32,000 bases of DNA from Wolbachia endosymbiont of Litomosoides sigmodontis (GCF_013365435.1 NZ_CP046577.1:330001-362000), one strand, 5' to 3'; counted from the stretch's first letter, positions 1 to 12,196 are shown. Numbers and translations: made by a program. Notes: a model not told the origin generated them from the letters alone.

Positions 1-1
1 T

Positions 2-2095
<2,094 letters not shown>

Positions 2096-2286
2096 CTATT
2101 TCAAGCAAAAAGTCACTTATTATTTAAGTAGCTGTAGGATTTTTGTTATCCAGTGCCTAAATGCACAACTATATGAACGTTATAATTTGAACTTGCCTAA
2201 GATGGTGTATCATTTAGTGTGTGACACTAGTATTTTGTGATATTTTGTATTTACCACTATAACGATAGAATTGTGTGTCAAGCTAC

Positions 2287-2315
2287 TTGAATAACATCTT
2301 TTTTCTTGGTATAAG
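2287..2315 (+). promoter_or_regulatory. Candidate sigma70-type promoter for tal
   Basis: TTGAAT (2287-2292), 17-nt spacer, TATAAG (2310-2315), about 75 nt upstream of ATG 2391. Such matches are common in AT-rich DNA. Confidence 0.3.
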
Positions 2316-2390
2316 AAGTTTTGTGCTTGTAAAAGCTAAGCAGTAAGGCAGCAAAATTCTGCGAGGATGTTTTTTTCGTGAAAAGTTAAT

Positions 2391-3035
2391 ATGGAAATTT
2401 TTCTTGATAGCGTTGATTTAAATGAAATTGAAGAACTGAAAGAGTTCATTGATGGTATAACAACTAACCCTTCTTTGATAGCAAAATCTGGGTGTAAGGA
2501 TAAATACGAAGATTTGATAAGTGAAATATGCTCTATTATAACAGGACCTGTTAGTGTTGAAGTTGTTGCAGATAACCATGAAGATATGATTAGAAAAGGT
2601 CTTAAATTAGCGAAAATCGCTAGTAATATTATGGTAAAATTACCTCTTACACATGAAGGATTGATTTCTTGTAAAAAGTTGTGGACAGAACATAAAATAC
2701 CTGCTAATGTCACATTGTGTTTTTCTCCTGGACAAGCACTGCTTGCTGCTAAGGCCAGTGCTTGTTTTATTTCTCCTTTTGTTGGTCGCCTTGATGATAC
2801 AAGCTATGGTGGCTTATCGCTAATAAAGGATATATACACTATATATTCTAATTATGGCTTTGATACTAAAATTCTCGTTGCATCTGTAAGGAGTCCAGTG
2901 CATGTAATAGAAGCTGCAAGACTTGGTGCTAATTCAATAACTGTGCCAGCAAGAGTACTTAGACAGTTATTTAACCATCCACTTACTGACCAGGGGCTTG
3001 CGATATTTGAAAAAGACTGGGGTACAAAGCAATAA
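2391..3035 (+). CDS. tal: Transaldolase, short (Fsa/TalC-like) type
   Basis: 214 aa. MEIFLDSVDLNEIEE...ITTNPSL N-terminus and the MVKLP lysine region are typical of ~215-aa transaldolases. Confidence 0.9.
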   Translation: MEIFLDSVDLNEIEELKEFIDGITTNPSLIAKSGCKDKYEDLISEICSIITGPVSVEVVADNHEDMIRKGLKLAKIASNIMVKLPLTHEGLISCKKLWTEHKIPANVTLCFSPGQALLAAKASACFISPFVGRLDDTSYGGLSLIKDIYTIYSNYGFDTKILVASVRSPVHVIEAARLGANSITVPARVLRQLFNHPLTDQGLAIFEKDWGTKQ

Positions 3036-3224
3036 CCGATCAAAGGAATTTGCTAAATGGGAAAAAGTAAAAAAATATATTAATCTAATGGGATCACAAA
3101 TTTTATGATGTTGCCTGCTTTCATTGTAAAAAGCCTTTTTACGCGTGAAGCTGGTAATATTCTACTAATACTATATGAATAACAAGCTATACAGCGTAAA
3201 GAACCATGCAGTTATAGACATCCT

Positions 3225-4163
3225 ATACAATTTCTGCTGTATAGAGAACTGATAGAGAATAATGAGGGGATGTATAAGTAGAATAGCGAAGTTTAAATGG
3301 TGTTTGAAGTCAAAATTATTGGATGAAAAAGTCGTAGGAATTAGTAAAAGAAGTGCTGAAGAAAGGTGAAATAATGTGTGGCATAAAAAAATATGTTGCA
3401 TTTTAAGAACAGCATTAACTACATGGATAAAACACCTAAAATTTGGGAGAGAAGAAAAATTATTTATTTCTCCACTCAATTTCGTAAAAAACTAGATTGA
3501 GTCAGAGTCAATTTGAATAAATTAAAGTGTAAATATAAGATAATTCTAATATTCTTATTAAAGAAATGAGAGTAATGATCTAAGAAGAATTTGGCTTAAA
3601 TGTTAGCAAGTTTACAGTCCTCTGTAAGAGGCTTATCGGTAAGTATCTTGAACAAGAGTTATTTATCTTTGAATAAATCGCGCCGGTTTGGCCTACATCT
3701 GAAAGGGTTAGCACAGATGATTTAAAAAAGTGCGTTAGACACGAGTTAAAGTAAAATTAGGTAGGAAAATTTTTATTTCTATAGTGCAGATAATTTGGAA
3801 ATAGAGAGAGTTTTATCATGTTTGCACTGAATGTTAACATTGATTGTATGAATATATTTTTTGGATAAATATCGCAATATTTTAGAATAAGATAAGCCTT
3901 TCTTGTATAGATTGTGCTAATTGAGGAATAAGAGTCAGAAGATTTAAAGGCACCTAAAGATATTGAGATTATATACCTAACTACATATACCTACTCGAGG
4001 TAACTTTATTGGAGGACTTTGGTTATATATAAAAAGTCTATAATACAGTTGCTTTGCTTGAGAGCACTTTGTTAAATTTATTATTTCCTTTTCTTACTCT
4101 GCAATTAAACAACTCTGCAATGTCACTTGTTTAACCAATTAACAAATGAGAGTTGGTATTACC
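3225..4163 (+). mobile_element. Decayed IS630/Tc1-mariner-like element, copy A1 (near full length, transposase sense on +)
   Basis: Aligns by eye along its length with 7388-8170, 16846-18383 and 27722-28714. The 3' end is ...GAGAGTTGGTATTACC. No frame is open. The 102-aa ORF 3171-3479(-) is antisense noise. Confidence 0.75.
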
Positions 4164-4410
4164 TAAATATTTCATTCCAACTGTATGACCATGCAGTCTA
4201 ATATTCAATCTATTACGCTGGGATTTATTATCCAGATTGCACCTGCCTTTTTATCTTCTTGAGCTTCAAAAACTACCTGCAAAATGCATGCTATCTAATT
4301 CCATTTTATCTAGTTCACCACAAAAAAGATGGGATGTAGTTTGGACCTTGGAGAACCTGTTTTAAGATTCAAAGTTAGTTTATGAGTTTGCAATCACTAA
4401 AATGGAAAAA

Positions 4411-5607
4411 TCATTTAGATTGCAACGCAGCAATTCCTGGCATCTTGTCACCGCTAAGCCAACTCAAAAATGCTCCTCCACCAGCCGAAACATATGTGAA
4501 GTCTTTATTGGTAAGACCTGCTGCATTTATTGCAGATAAACTATCTCCTCCTCCTATTACGCTAGTTAATTTTCCTTCATGCGTTAAGTCACTTATAACT
4601 TTCATTACCTTTATTGTGCCATTTGCAAAAACTGAATGTTCAAAAGCACCCATAGGTCCATTATATAGTATGGCCTTGCTGCTTGCTATTATACTACTTA
4701 TTGTGCTTAAAGTTTGAGGGCCTATATCCAGAATTACATCGTTATCCAAAATAGATTCAGTTTTTCTTAAAATGCAAGTGCTATAACTAGAGTTTACTGC
4801 AACTAAAGCATCTTCAGGTATAACTATTTTGCAATTATTTTTATTTGCCATTTCAATAATATCATGCAGAAGATCATTGATACCATTTTGAAAGAAAGAT
4901 TTTCCTATGTTAACTTTATTAAATAATAAAAAATTATTAGCAATTGCACCACCGAGAACTAGATAATCAACCTTTTCTGTTAACCTTATAAGCATTTTTA
5001 TTTTAGTTGATATTTTAGCCCCCCCAACTATTGCAGTAATAGGCTTGGCATCAAATGATACAGCCTTCTCAAGATATTTTAGCTCATCTTGTAAGCAGAA
5101 CCCTGCATAAGAAGGTAAAAATTCTGTAATACGTGAAATAGAAGCATGAGCTCTATGAGCACAAGAAAATGCATCATTAACATATATATCCGCTAGAGTC
5201 GCCAATTGTTTGGCAAAATTTGTGTCATTTTGCTCTTCTTCTTTATAAAATCTCAGATTTTCCAGTAATATTACATCTCTTATAGCTATTGCATTCACTG
5301 CTTTTTGTACTTTTTTACCAATACAACCGTCAACAAATTTCACTTCTTTGTTTAATAGTTGTGATAAAGTTTTAACTATATTTCTGAGTGAAAGATTATT
5401 CTCTTTGGCTCTTGGGCGTCCTAAATGTGATATAATAATAACCTTTGCACCAGTATTTATCAAATACTGAATAGTAGGTAATACCCTCAAAACACGAGTA
5501 AGATCATACACTTTTCCATTCTTTATAGGAACATTGAAATCAACTCTGAGCAAGACAGCTTTACCGTAAAGATCACAATTCTCTATGTTAGGTATATTCA
5601 TCATCAA
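4411..5607 (-). CDS. pgk: Phosphoglycerate kinase
   Basis: 398 aa with LLRVDFNVP, ISHLGRP and a GGGDS region. Confidence 0.95.
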   Translation of the reverse strand: MMMNIPNIENCDLYGKAVLLRVDFNVPIKNGKVYDLTRVLRVLPTIQYLINTGAKVIIISHLGRPRAKENNLSLRNIVKTLSQLLNKEVKFVDGCIGKKVQKAVNAIAIRDVILLENLRFYKEEEQNDTNFAKQLATLADIYVNDAFSCAHRAHASISRITEFLPSYAGFCLQDELKYLEKAVSFDAKPITAIVGGAKISTKIKMLIRLTEKVDYLVLGGAIANNFLLFNKVNIGKSFFQNGINDLLHDIIEMANKNNCKIVIPEDALVAVNSSYSTCILRKTESILDNDVILDIGPQTLSTISSIIASSKAILYNGPMGAFEHSVFANGTIKVMKVISDLTHEGKLTSVIGGGDSLSAINAAGLTNKDFTYVSAGGGAFLSWLSGDKMPGIAALQSK

Positions 5608-5642
5608 ATTAAAGCTATGAAGCCACTATACAGCAGTTTGAC

Positions 5643-6668
5643 CTAAAGTAAATCGCTTTTTTTTCCATACGCTCCCTTCGAAGTTGAATATTGAAAATTA
5701 ACTGGAGAATTGTGGATCACTTTGTATATGTCATAACAAGCCATGGCACTCTCAGCAAAACCATTTAATATTAGCTTTAGTTTGCCTAAATAAGTAGCTA
5801 CATCTCCAATTGCATATATTCTATCTCTACTGGTTCTAAGTGTAGCCTGGTCAACAACTACGCGGCTATGTTCTAACTGAATATCCCAACTACCTATTGG
5901 ACCCAAATCCATTGATAGTCCAAAGAACGGTAGTAAAAAATCAGCGAATATTTTTTTTTCTTCCTTAGAAAGAATATTTTTTATTATTACCCCATTCAAC
6001 TGCCCATCTTTTCCAGCTAATTCATGTAATTGATATGGTACTATAAGTTCTATCTTTCCACTTTTTTCAAGCAATTTTAATTTATTTTTCATTTCGGGAG
6101 TGCAACGAAATTCTTTTCTTCGATGTACCACATAAATTTTCTTTGCAACTTTAGAGAGTTCTACGATCCAATCAGCTGCAGAATTGCCTCCTCCTGTAAT
6201 AACTATGATTTTGTCTTGAAAATCAGAAATTTTATTTACGTTATAAAATACTGATTTATTTTCATATTCTAATATATCTCTAATGGGTGGACGATTAGGT
6301 TCAAACATTCCATTACCTGCAGCAATGATAATAGCTTTGCATTTTACCTTTGTATCTGCGCTCGTTACTACAGTAAAACTTTGGCTGTCATTATTAGTAA
6401 TTTCTTCTACCCTTTGACTTAAATGGTAAACAGGCTCAAATGGTGAGGCCTGCTCCATTAATTGTTCAATTAATTTTTGAGCAGTGATTACGGGATAGCC
6501 AGGTATATCGTATATTGGTTTTTCTGGGTAAAGAGTAATGCATTGCCCTCCAGCTTGATCTAAAACATCTATTATATGACATCTCATATCAAGCATTCCT
6601 GCTTGAAAAGCAGTGAATATTCCAACAGGTCCTGCACCTATTACTACTATGTCAGTTTCCATATTCAT
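5643..6668 (-). CDS. Thioredoxin-reductase-like ferredoxin-NADP(+) reductase
   Basis: 341 aa with GAGPVGIF (FAD GxGxxG) and a second dinucleotide fold, GGGNSAADW. No CxxC redox pair where TrxB carries it, which favours the FNR type. It lies 35 nt upstream of pgk on the same strand. Confidence 0.8.
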   Translation of the reverse strand: MNMETDIVVIGAGPVGIFTAFQAGMLDMRCHIIDVLDQAGGQCITLYPEKPIYDIPGYPVITAQKLIEQLMEQASPFEPVYHLSQRVEEITNNDSQSFTVVTSADTKVKCKAIIIAAGNGMFEPNRPPIRDILEYENKSVFYNVNKISDFQDKIIVITGGGNSAADWIVELSKVAKKIYVVHRRKEFRCTPEMKNKLKLLEKSGKIELIVPYQLHELAGKDGQLNGVIIKNILSKEEKKIFADFLLPFFGLSMDLGPIGSWDIQLEHSRVVVDQATLRTSRDRIYAIGDVATYLGKLKLILNGFAESAMACYDIYKVIHNSPVNFQYSTSKGAYGKKSDLL

Positions 6669-6721
6669 GTGGTAATTTACTTAAATATTAGTTGATTTTG
6701 TTAATAAGGTCAATTAGTTAA

Positions 6722-6945
6722 GCTATAGGAATGTTGCCATAAATTAAATGGCAAAAATTACTTGACATAATTGGTATCTTATTATTTTATTTTGGCACTA
6801 TGTGTACCTTAATGTCTTCACAACATATTTCTAAGTTTTACGTAATATAAACTGAAATGTGCTTGTAAAGCATTTAAGACAGGTATGGTACATCAATTTG
6901 CAAGCTTAGAAAGCGGGTAACTTCTGCCACTAGATTCTTTTTCCC
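6722..6945 (-). repeat. Repeat family B, copy B1 (5' of the FNR gene)
   Basis: The reverse complement aligns by eye at roughly 70% with 29062-29330. Shared blocks include GG(C/T)AGAAGTT, TTTCAG(T/C)TTATAT and AAGGTACACATAGTGC. Confidence 0.6.
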
Positions 6946-7085
6946 TAGTAAATTTTGTATCTGTTTAGTGGAGTGGAAAAATAAGATAGATAAGATAATA
7001 CAAGAAGATGGTAATGGAGCAAAGTGAGACAGTATAGTAAATTTTTTTTAAACTCTGCAAATTTAGAGCGTAAAATAGCAGAGTT

Positions 7086-7387
7086 ATACCACTTCTCATT
7101 GTTAATGATTCCAATAATGACATTACAGAGTTATTTATATGATTGAACTTAAGTGAGTATAATTGCAACATTTATTTAAGAAATATATTCATATAATCAG
7201 TATTGAGATCATCAGTGTAAACAAGCTGAAGCTCTCTTTATTTCTAAGATTAACTACACTCTAGTTTTACTTTAACCTGTATTCTAACGTCCTTTTAAAC
7301 TATCTATGTCCAACTTTCGAATGTGTACCAAAATGTGCTTCATCAAGAAAAAATAACTCTTGTTTATTACTTTGTGCTAATTCAGCC
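7086..7387 (-). mobile_element. IS630-like element, copy A2a (3' portion, inverted relative to A2b)
   Basis: Begins ATACCACTTCTCATTGTTAATG, the reverse of the family 3' terminus. It continues as the reverse complement of the element's middle part. Confidence 0.7.
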
Positions 7388-8170
7388 TTTGCAAAGAATG
7401 TGTAGATAATAATGGAAAAGAAGCCATACTAAAGTAGATAAAATAGCGAAGTTTAAATGACATTGAAATCGAAATTATTAGGTGAAAAAGTCGTAGAATC
7501 AGCAAAAGAAATGCTGAAGAAAGTGCGAGATAATGGATATGTTGTAAAAAAAACTAAATGCTGTAATTGAAGAAAAAAAAGTATAGTATAACAGCTATAG
7601 CAAAAATATGCTGCATTTCTAGAATAGTACTAGCTGCATAGATAAAGTACTAAAATTTAGAAGAGAAGAAAAATTGTTTACTCCTCATCAACGTCGTGGA
7701 AGAATTAGATTGAATCAGAATCAATTTAAATTGATTAAAGTATGGATATGAGGAAACCTAATGTCTCACCATTAAAGAAATGAGAATAAGAATCCAGGGA
7801 AAATTTAGCTTGAATATCAATAAGTCTGCAGTACGCATATAATATGCAAAAAGTGAAGTTTTTGTATACTATGCTAAGACCAATTTACAATAAACAAGAT
7901 AAAAGTAAATAGGAAAAGTTAAAAAAAACTTAATGAGACTATTTTATACTGATAATGTTAATACTAATTTTATGAATATATTTCTTGAATAAATGTTGCA
8001 ATTATACTCACTTGAGTTCAATCATATTGAGGAATTTGGTCCTATATAAAAAAGAACATTTTATGTATAGCTTGAGAGCGCTTTGTCAAGCGCTATATTA
8101 TTTTTCCTTTACAATTAAACGATTCTATAATGTCATTATTTAAATCACTAACAACGTAAATTGGTATTAC
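7388..8170 (+). mobile_element. IS630-like element, copy A2b (lacks a clear 5' terminus, carries internal deletions)
   Basis: ..GATAATAATGGAAAAGAAG.. through ..AAATTGGTATTAC. Collinear with A1 and A7a. Confidence 0.75.
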
Positions 8171-8610
8171 TGTATGTTCTATGATAATTGGAGACAGAAC
8201 GTATTAAAGCTATTTTGCCCTTTTTTGTTAATAAAGTTTGAACCTGTAGCAAATTGACATTTTAGAATGAATATTGTTGAGGATGAAATTTAACTTCCTA
8301 ACAAGCAAATTGCAGTACTTCTGTACACTGTTATATGCGATATGTTCAAGCTCATATACAAATTTATCTTGAGTGACGGTTGATAATCCTCAACTTCTTC
8401 ATTAAACGCTCCTAGCTTCTTTTCCTACTCTTGAAATTTTTCATGAAAATTTTCATATTTATTTATTAATCGCTATTATAATTGTAATGATGATGAAAAA
8501 TTATCAAAGTAAAAGGTTGATACTCTCCCTATAACTGGGTAAATACCTGATTAAAAATCAAACTCCTCTTCCGTCATTATAACTTGCAAATATTTTATAC
8601 TAGATTTCAG

Positions 8611-9438
8611 CTATTTAAAAGCTTTCTTCTCATAAACACTTTGATGTACAAATAACTCAACTCCATCAGCGTGCAAATTTGCATGGCTTTTTCTAGTGTT
8701 GAGTAATGCGAGTCCAATGTTATCTATGCTAGAGCGTAGCTCTCCCACTTCCTCATTATTTTCATTCGTTACTTTAGCACCAATATTGGGAAGTATATTA
8801 TCCCCCTCAATAAGGTAAAGCTTTTTTCTGAATGTTTCTTGTCTTCTCATTTGCCTTGTAACTTCCTGACCTATATAACATCCCTTCTCAAAGCTTATAC
8901 CGTTGACCTTATCGATTAAATATTGTAGCGGAAATGACGAATTTTGCACCATATCTTTCGCTCCATCTGGAACGAGATTTTGAATTCTTACTCTTTCATA
9001 TTGAGTGGAATCTCCAACTAATTCCTTTATTTCATTTTTGTGTATTATTCTCATTTCCAATAACTTGTGTCTTGGGTCTTGAAAAATGACCTGTGACTCA
9101 CAGCTACACTCCATTGAATTAGTATTAAATAAAATTCCAACTCTATATAGTGAGCTAATATTCTTAATCTTCACTCTTAAATAAGTTTTAAGCAAATCTA
9201 ATTTCTCGATTATCTGTTGCAAGTATAAGTTTTCGCATTCTAAGAGAATATATTTACCATGTTTAATAAGGAAAAAATCGTATAGGTATTTTCCCTGGGG
9301 GCTAAGTAATAAAGAATAAATAGCCTTTTGACTATTCAATTTATTGATATCATTTGTTATAACACCCTGCAAGAAACTCCTCACATCTGGGCCGTATAAA
9401 ACTATTACACCACGATTTAGCAATGGTATATAACTCAT
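8611..9438 (-). CDS. ygfZ: YgfZ/CAF17-family folate-binding protein (GcvT-like)
   Basis: 275 aa. The hallmark KGCYxGQE motif is present as EKGCYIGQEVTRQ. Confidence 0.75.
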   Translation of the reverse strand: MSYIPLLNRGVIVLYGPDVRSFLQGVITNDINKLNSQKAIYSLLLSPQGKYLYDFFLIKHGKYILLECENLYLQQIIEKLDLLKTYLRVKIKNISSLYRVGILFNTNSMECSCESQVIFQDPRHKLLEMRIIHKNEIKELVGDSTQYERVRIQNLVPDGAKDMVQNSSFPLQYLIDKVNGISFEKGCYIGQEVTRQMRRQETFRKKLYLIEGDNILPNIGAKVTNENNEEVGELRSSIDNIGLALLNTRKSHANLHADGVELFVHQSVYEKKAFK

Positions 9439-9522
9439 AAAATTTCTACTAATGAATCCAAATTTTATTATATAGCATTTGGCACTTCTTGTCTTCTTAA
9501 TTATATTTTACAAGTTTCAGCC

Positions 9523-9551
9523 CTTGAAATCTAACTTATAAGTACATATAT
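9523..9551 (+). promoter_or_regulatory. Candidate RpoH (sigma32)-type heat-shock promoter of groES-groEL
   Basis: CCCTTGAA with CTTGAA at 9523-9528, a 16-nt spacer, then CATATAT at 9545-9551 (compare CnTATnT). About 35 nt upstream of ATG 9587. Confidence 0.4.
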
Positions 9552-9586
9552 AAGCTTATAAGTTAATTTGTTGAGAGGAAAAACAA

Positions 9587-9877
9587 ATGTCAAGTGTAAG
9601 CTTAAGTGTATTGGATGATAGTGTTCTAATTAAACCTATCAATGAAGAAAAGCAAGGTGGGATTGTACTTCCATCAAGCGCTGAAAAGAAACCTACTAAA
9701 GGTGAAGTTATAGCAATTGGTGAAGGTTCACGCAATTCAAGTGGTGAACGCATAGCTTTGACTGTGAAGGCTGGTGATAAAGTGTTTTATCGCCAATGGG
9801 CTGGTACAGAAATAGAACACGGTAATGAAAAGCTTATCGTAATGAAGGAGTCAGATATACTTGCTATTGTTAAGTAG
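9587..9877 (+). CDS. groES: Co-chaperonin GroES
   Basis: 96 aa. GAGAGGAAAA lies upstream of the ATG. ...[22 protein letters not shown]... is a typical mobile-loop region. Confidence 0.95.
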   Translation: MSSVSLSVLDDSVLIKPINEEKQGGIVLPSSAEKKPTKGEVIAIGEGSRNSSGERIALTVKAGDKVFYRQWAGTEIEHGNEKLIVMKESDILAIVK

Positions 9878-9978
9878 CAGTTTTTAATTTTACTAAATTA
9901 AAATAAAGCACAATAGTGTGTTATAAATAATTTTATTTATGGTTTTCTAAATTTTTTATTAACAATGAGGTGATAAAA

Positions 9979-11631
9979 ATGGCTAATGTAGTAGTGTCAG
10001 GTGAGCAGTTGCAAGAAGCTTTCCGTGAAGTTGCAGTAATAGTGGACTCAACAGTAGCGATAACTGCTGGACCTAGAGGGAAAACAGTGGGGATTAATAA
10101 GCCCTATGGAGCACCAGAAATTACAAAAGATGGTTATAAGGTGATGAAGGGCATTAAGCCTGAAAAACCTTTGCATGCTGCAATAACAAGCATCTTTGCT
10201 CAAAGTTGTTTTCAATGTAATGATAAAGTTGGTGATGGTACAACAACGTGCTCAATATTAACCAGTAACATGGTAATGGAGGCTTTAAAGTCAATTGCTG
10301 CTGGAAATGATCGTATTGGTATTAAAAACGGGATGCAAAAGGCAAAAGATGCGGTATTAGAAGGAATTATATCAATGTCTCGCACGATTCCTTTGGAAAA
10401 AATGGATGAAGTAGCGCAAGTTGCAATAATTTCTGCAAATGGTGATAAGGATATTGGTAATAGTATTGCTGATGCTGTTAAAAAAGTTGGAAAAGAAGGT
10501 GTGATTACTGTTGAAGAAAGTAAAGGATCAAAAGAGTTAGAAGTTGAGCTTACTACTGGTATGCAATTTGATCGCGGTTATCTTTCTCCATACTTTATCA
10601 CAAATAATGAGAAAATGATTGTAGAATTTGATGATCCATATCTCTTAGTTACAGAAAAAAAATTGAGCATTATACAGCCATTGCTTCCTATTCTTGAAGC
10701 TGTTGTTAAGTCTAGTAGACCTTTACTTATTATTGCGGAAGATATTGAAGGTGAAGCATTGAGTACTTTGGTTATTAACAAATTGCGTGGTGGTCTGAAG
10801 GTTGCTGCAGTGAAAGCTCCAGGTTTTGGCGACAGAAGAAAAGAGATGCTTGAAGACATAGCAGCTTTAACTGGTATTAAACATGTAATAAAAGATGAGC
10901 TTGGAATCAAGATGGAAGATCTAACTCTTGAAGATCTTGGTACGGCTAAAAATGTTAAAATTACTAAAGATAATACCATAATTGTCAGTGAAAGTAGTGA
11001 CTCTGACAGAGTGAAAGCTAGAATCGAACAGATCAAGTCTCAAATTGGAACCTCAACTTCTGATTACGATAAAGAAAAGTTGAGAGAACGTTTAGCAAAA
11101 CTATCAGGTGGTGTTGCTGTGCTTAAAGTTGGTGGAGTAACTGAAGTAGAAGTTAAAGAACGTAGAGATAGAGTTGAGGATGCATTACATGCAACAAGAG
11201 CTGCAATTGAAGAAGGTATAGTTCCTGGAGGTGGGGTTGCGCTTCTTTACGCTTCATCTGCTCTTGATAAGCTAAAAGGTGGAAGTGATGAAGAACAGAT
11301 AGGCATAAATATTATTAAGAAAGCTCTCAGTGCTCCAATCAAGAGATTAGTTAAAAATGCTGGCCTTGAATCTGCTGTTATAATTGATCATTTAACTAAG
11401 CAGAATGACAAAGAGCTCATATATAACGTTGAGGCTATGAATTATGCTAATGCATTTACTGCCGGTGTTATCGATCCAGTAAAGGTGGTACGTATTGCTT
11501 TTGAAACAGCAATATCTGTTGCAAGTGTGCTGATTACTACTGAATCTATGATAGTTGATGTACCAAGCAAGGAAGAAAACGCTTCATCTCATATGGGCGC
11601 GGGCAGTATGGGTGGAATGAATGGGTTCTAA
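9979..11631 (+). CDS. groEL: Chaperonin GroEL
   Basis: The ORF is open from GTG 9970, but ATG 9979 ([11 protein letters not shown]..) sits 7 nt after GAGG. DGTTT motif and a C-terminal GGM-type tail (GSMGGMNGF). Confidence 0.97.
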   Translation: MANVVVSGEQLQEAFREVAVIVDSTVAITAGPRGKTVGINKPYGAPEITKDGYKVMKGIKPEKPLHAAITSIFAQSCFQCNDKVGDGTTTCSILTSNMVMEALKSIAAGNDRIGIKNGMQKAKDAVLEGIISMSRTIPLEKMDEVAQVAIISANGDKDIGNSIADAVKKVGKEGVITVEESKGSKELEVELTTGMQFDRGYLSPYFITNNEKMIVEFDDPYLLVTEKKLSIIQPLLPILEAVVKSSRPLLIIAEDIEGEALSTLVINKLRGGLKVAAVKAPGFGDRRKEMLEDIAALTGIKHVIKDELGIKMEDLTLEDLGTAKNVKITKDNTIIVSESSDSDRVKARIEQIKSQIGTSTSDYDKEKLRERLAKLSGGVAVLKVGGVTEVEVKERRDRVEDALHATRAAIEEGIVPGGGVALLYASSALDKLKGGSDEEQIGINIIKKALSAPIKRLVKNAGLESAVIIDHLTKQNDKELIYNVEAMNYANAFTAGVIDPVKVVRIAFETAISVASVLITTESMIVDVPSKEENASSHMGAGSMGGMNGF

Positions 11632-11643
11632 GTAAATATAGAA

Positions 11644-11670
11644 CTTGGGGCAAAAATTTTTTGCCCCAAG
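11644..11670 (+). terminator. Intrinsic-terminator-like hairpin after groEL
   Basis: CTTGGGGCAAAAA-T-TTTTTGCCCCAAG forms a perfect 13-bp stem starting 13 nt after the groEL stop. There is no long trailing U-run. Confidence 0.75.
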
Positions 11671-11742
11671 GATGTCTTTTAATTTTTAGAATCTCATAAT
11701 TTACTATCCATTAAAAATGATACGAAATAAATTGTAATACTT

Positions 11743-12196
11743 TTTTGAAATACAGTATGTTTTTGCTATGACTGTTGTGCTGTGCCTTTTATTGCAATTA
11801 CAGCATTTATTTTTTTTTGCAACACATATATACTATTACGTTGTATTTCTCAGTACTAATTGTATTAATGTATTTCTTAAATAAATATTGTTATATTTAA
11901 GAATATTAGAAGTCTTACTTATTATAGGTTGTGTTAATTAGCATAAGTTAAAAAAATTTAAAGGTACATAAAAATATCGAGATTATATACTTATCACTAT
12001 ACTCAGTCAAGCTCAATTCTATTGAGAGGCTTTAGTTGTATGTAGGATAGAATATTTTGCATAGTAAAGTCTATAATATAATTGTTTTACTTAAGAGTAC
12101 TTTATGTAAGTTTATTACCTCTCTTTCTTACTTTGCAATTGAACAACTCTGTGCAATGTCACTTATTGATCTATTAACAATGAGAATTGGTATTAT
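11743..12196. mobile_element. IS630-like element, composite fragment A3
   Basis: 11743-11865 is the reverse complement of an internal N-terminal segment. 11866-12196 is the forward 3' third, ending ..GAGAATTGGTATTAT. Confidence 0.65.

Noticed and set aside
2120-2297. 16-nt imperfect inverted repeat (TTATTTAAGTAGCTGT at ~2124-2139 versus CAAGCTACTTGAATAA at ~2279-2294) as the ends of a miniature element or an RNA structure between atpC and tal
   Set aside because: It matches 14/16 across 140 bp of AT-rich spacer. My rough estimate puts the chance expectation around 0.1 per spacer. There are no flanking duplications and no other copies.
2336-3043. ORFs 2336-2713(-) and 2852-3043(-) overlapping tal
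   Set aside because: They are antisense to a well-supported transaldolase gene, and the translations have no recognisable motifs.
3171-3479. ORFs lying in IS copies (3171-3479, 6965-7171, 12057-12239, 16800-17042, 17701-17883, 22857-23039, 22942-23283, 27861-28070, 28461-28693) as possible small genes
   Set aside because: Each is either a short surviving stretch of the dead transposase frame or its antisense. The paralogous positions in other copies are interrupted, so there is no conservation as a gene.
4382-4717. 111-aa ORF on + overlapping the pgk 3' end
   Set aside because: Antisense shadow of pgk. The proline- and serine-rich translation mirrors pgk codons.
9480-9485. TGGCAC upstream of groES as a sigma54 -24 element
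   Set aside because: The required TTGC at +5 spacing is absent (TGGCACTTCTTGTC). An RpoH-type promoter 40 nt downstream fits better.
10578-11036. 152-aa ORF antisense in groEL
   Set aside because: It lies entirely inside groEL on the opposite strand. Long antisense ORFs are expected opposite highly expressed, codon-biased genes.
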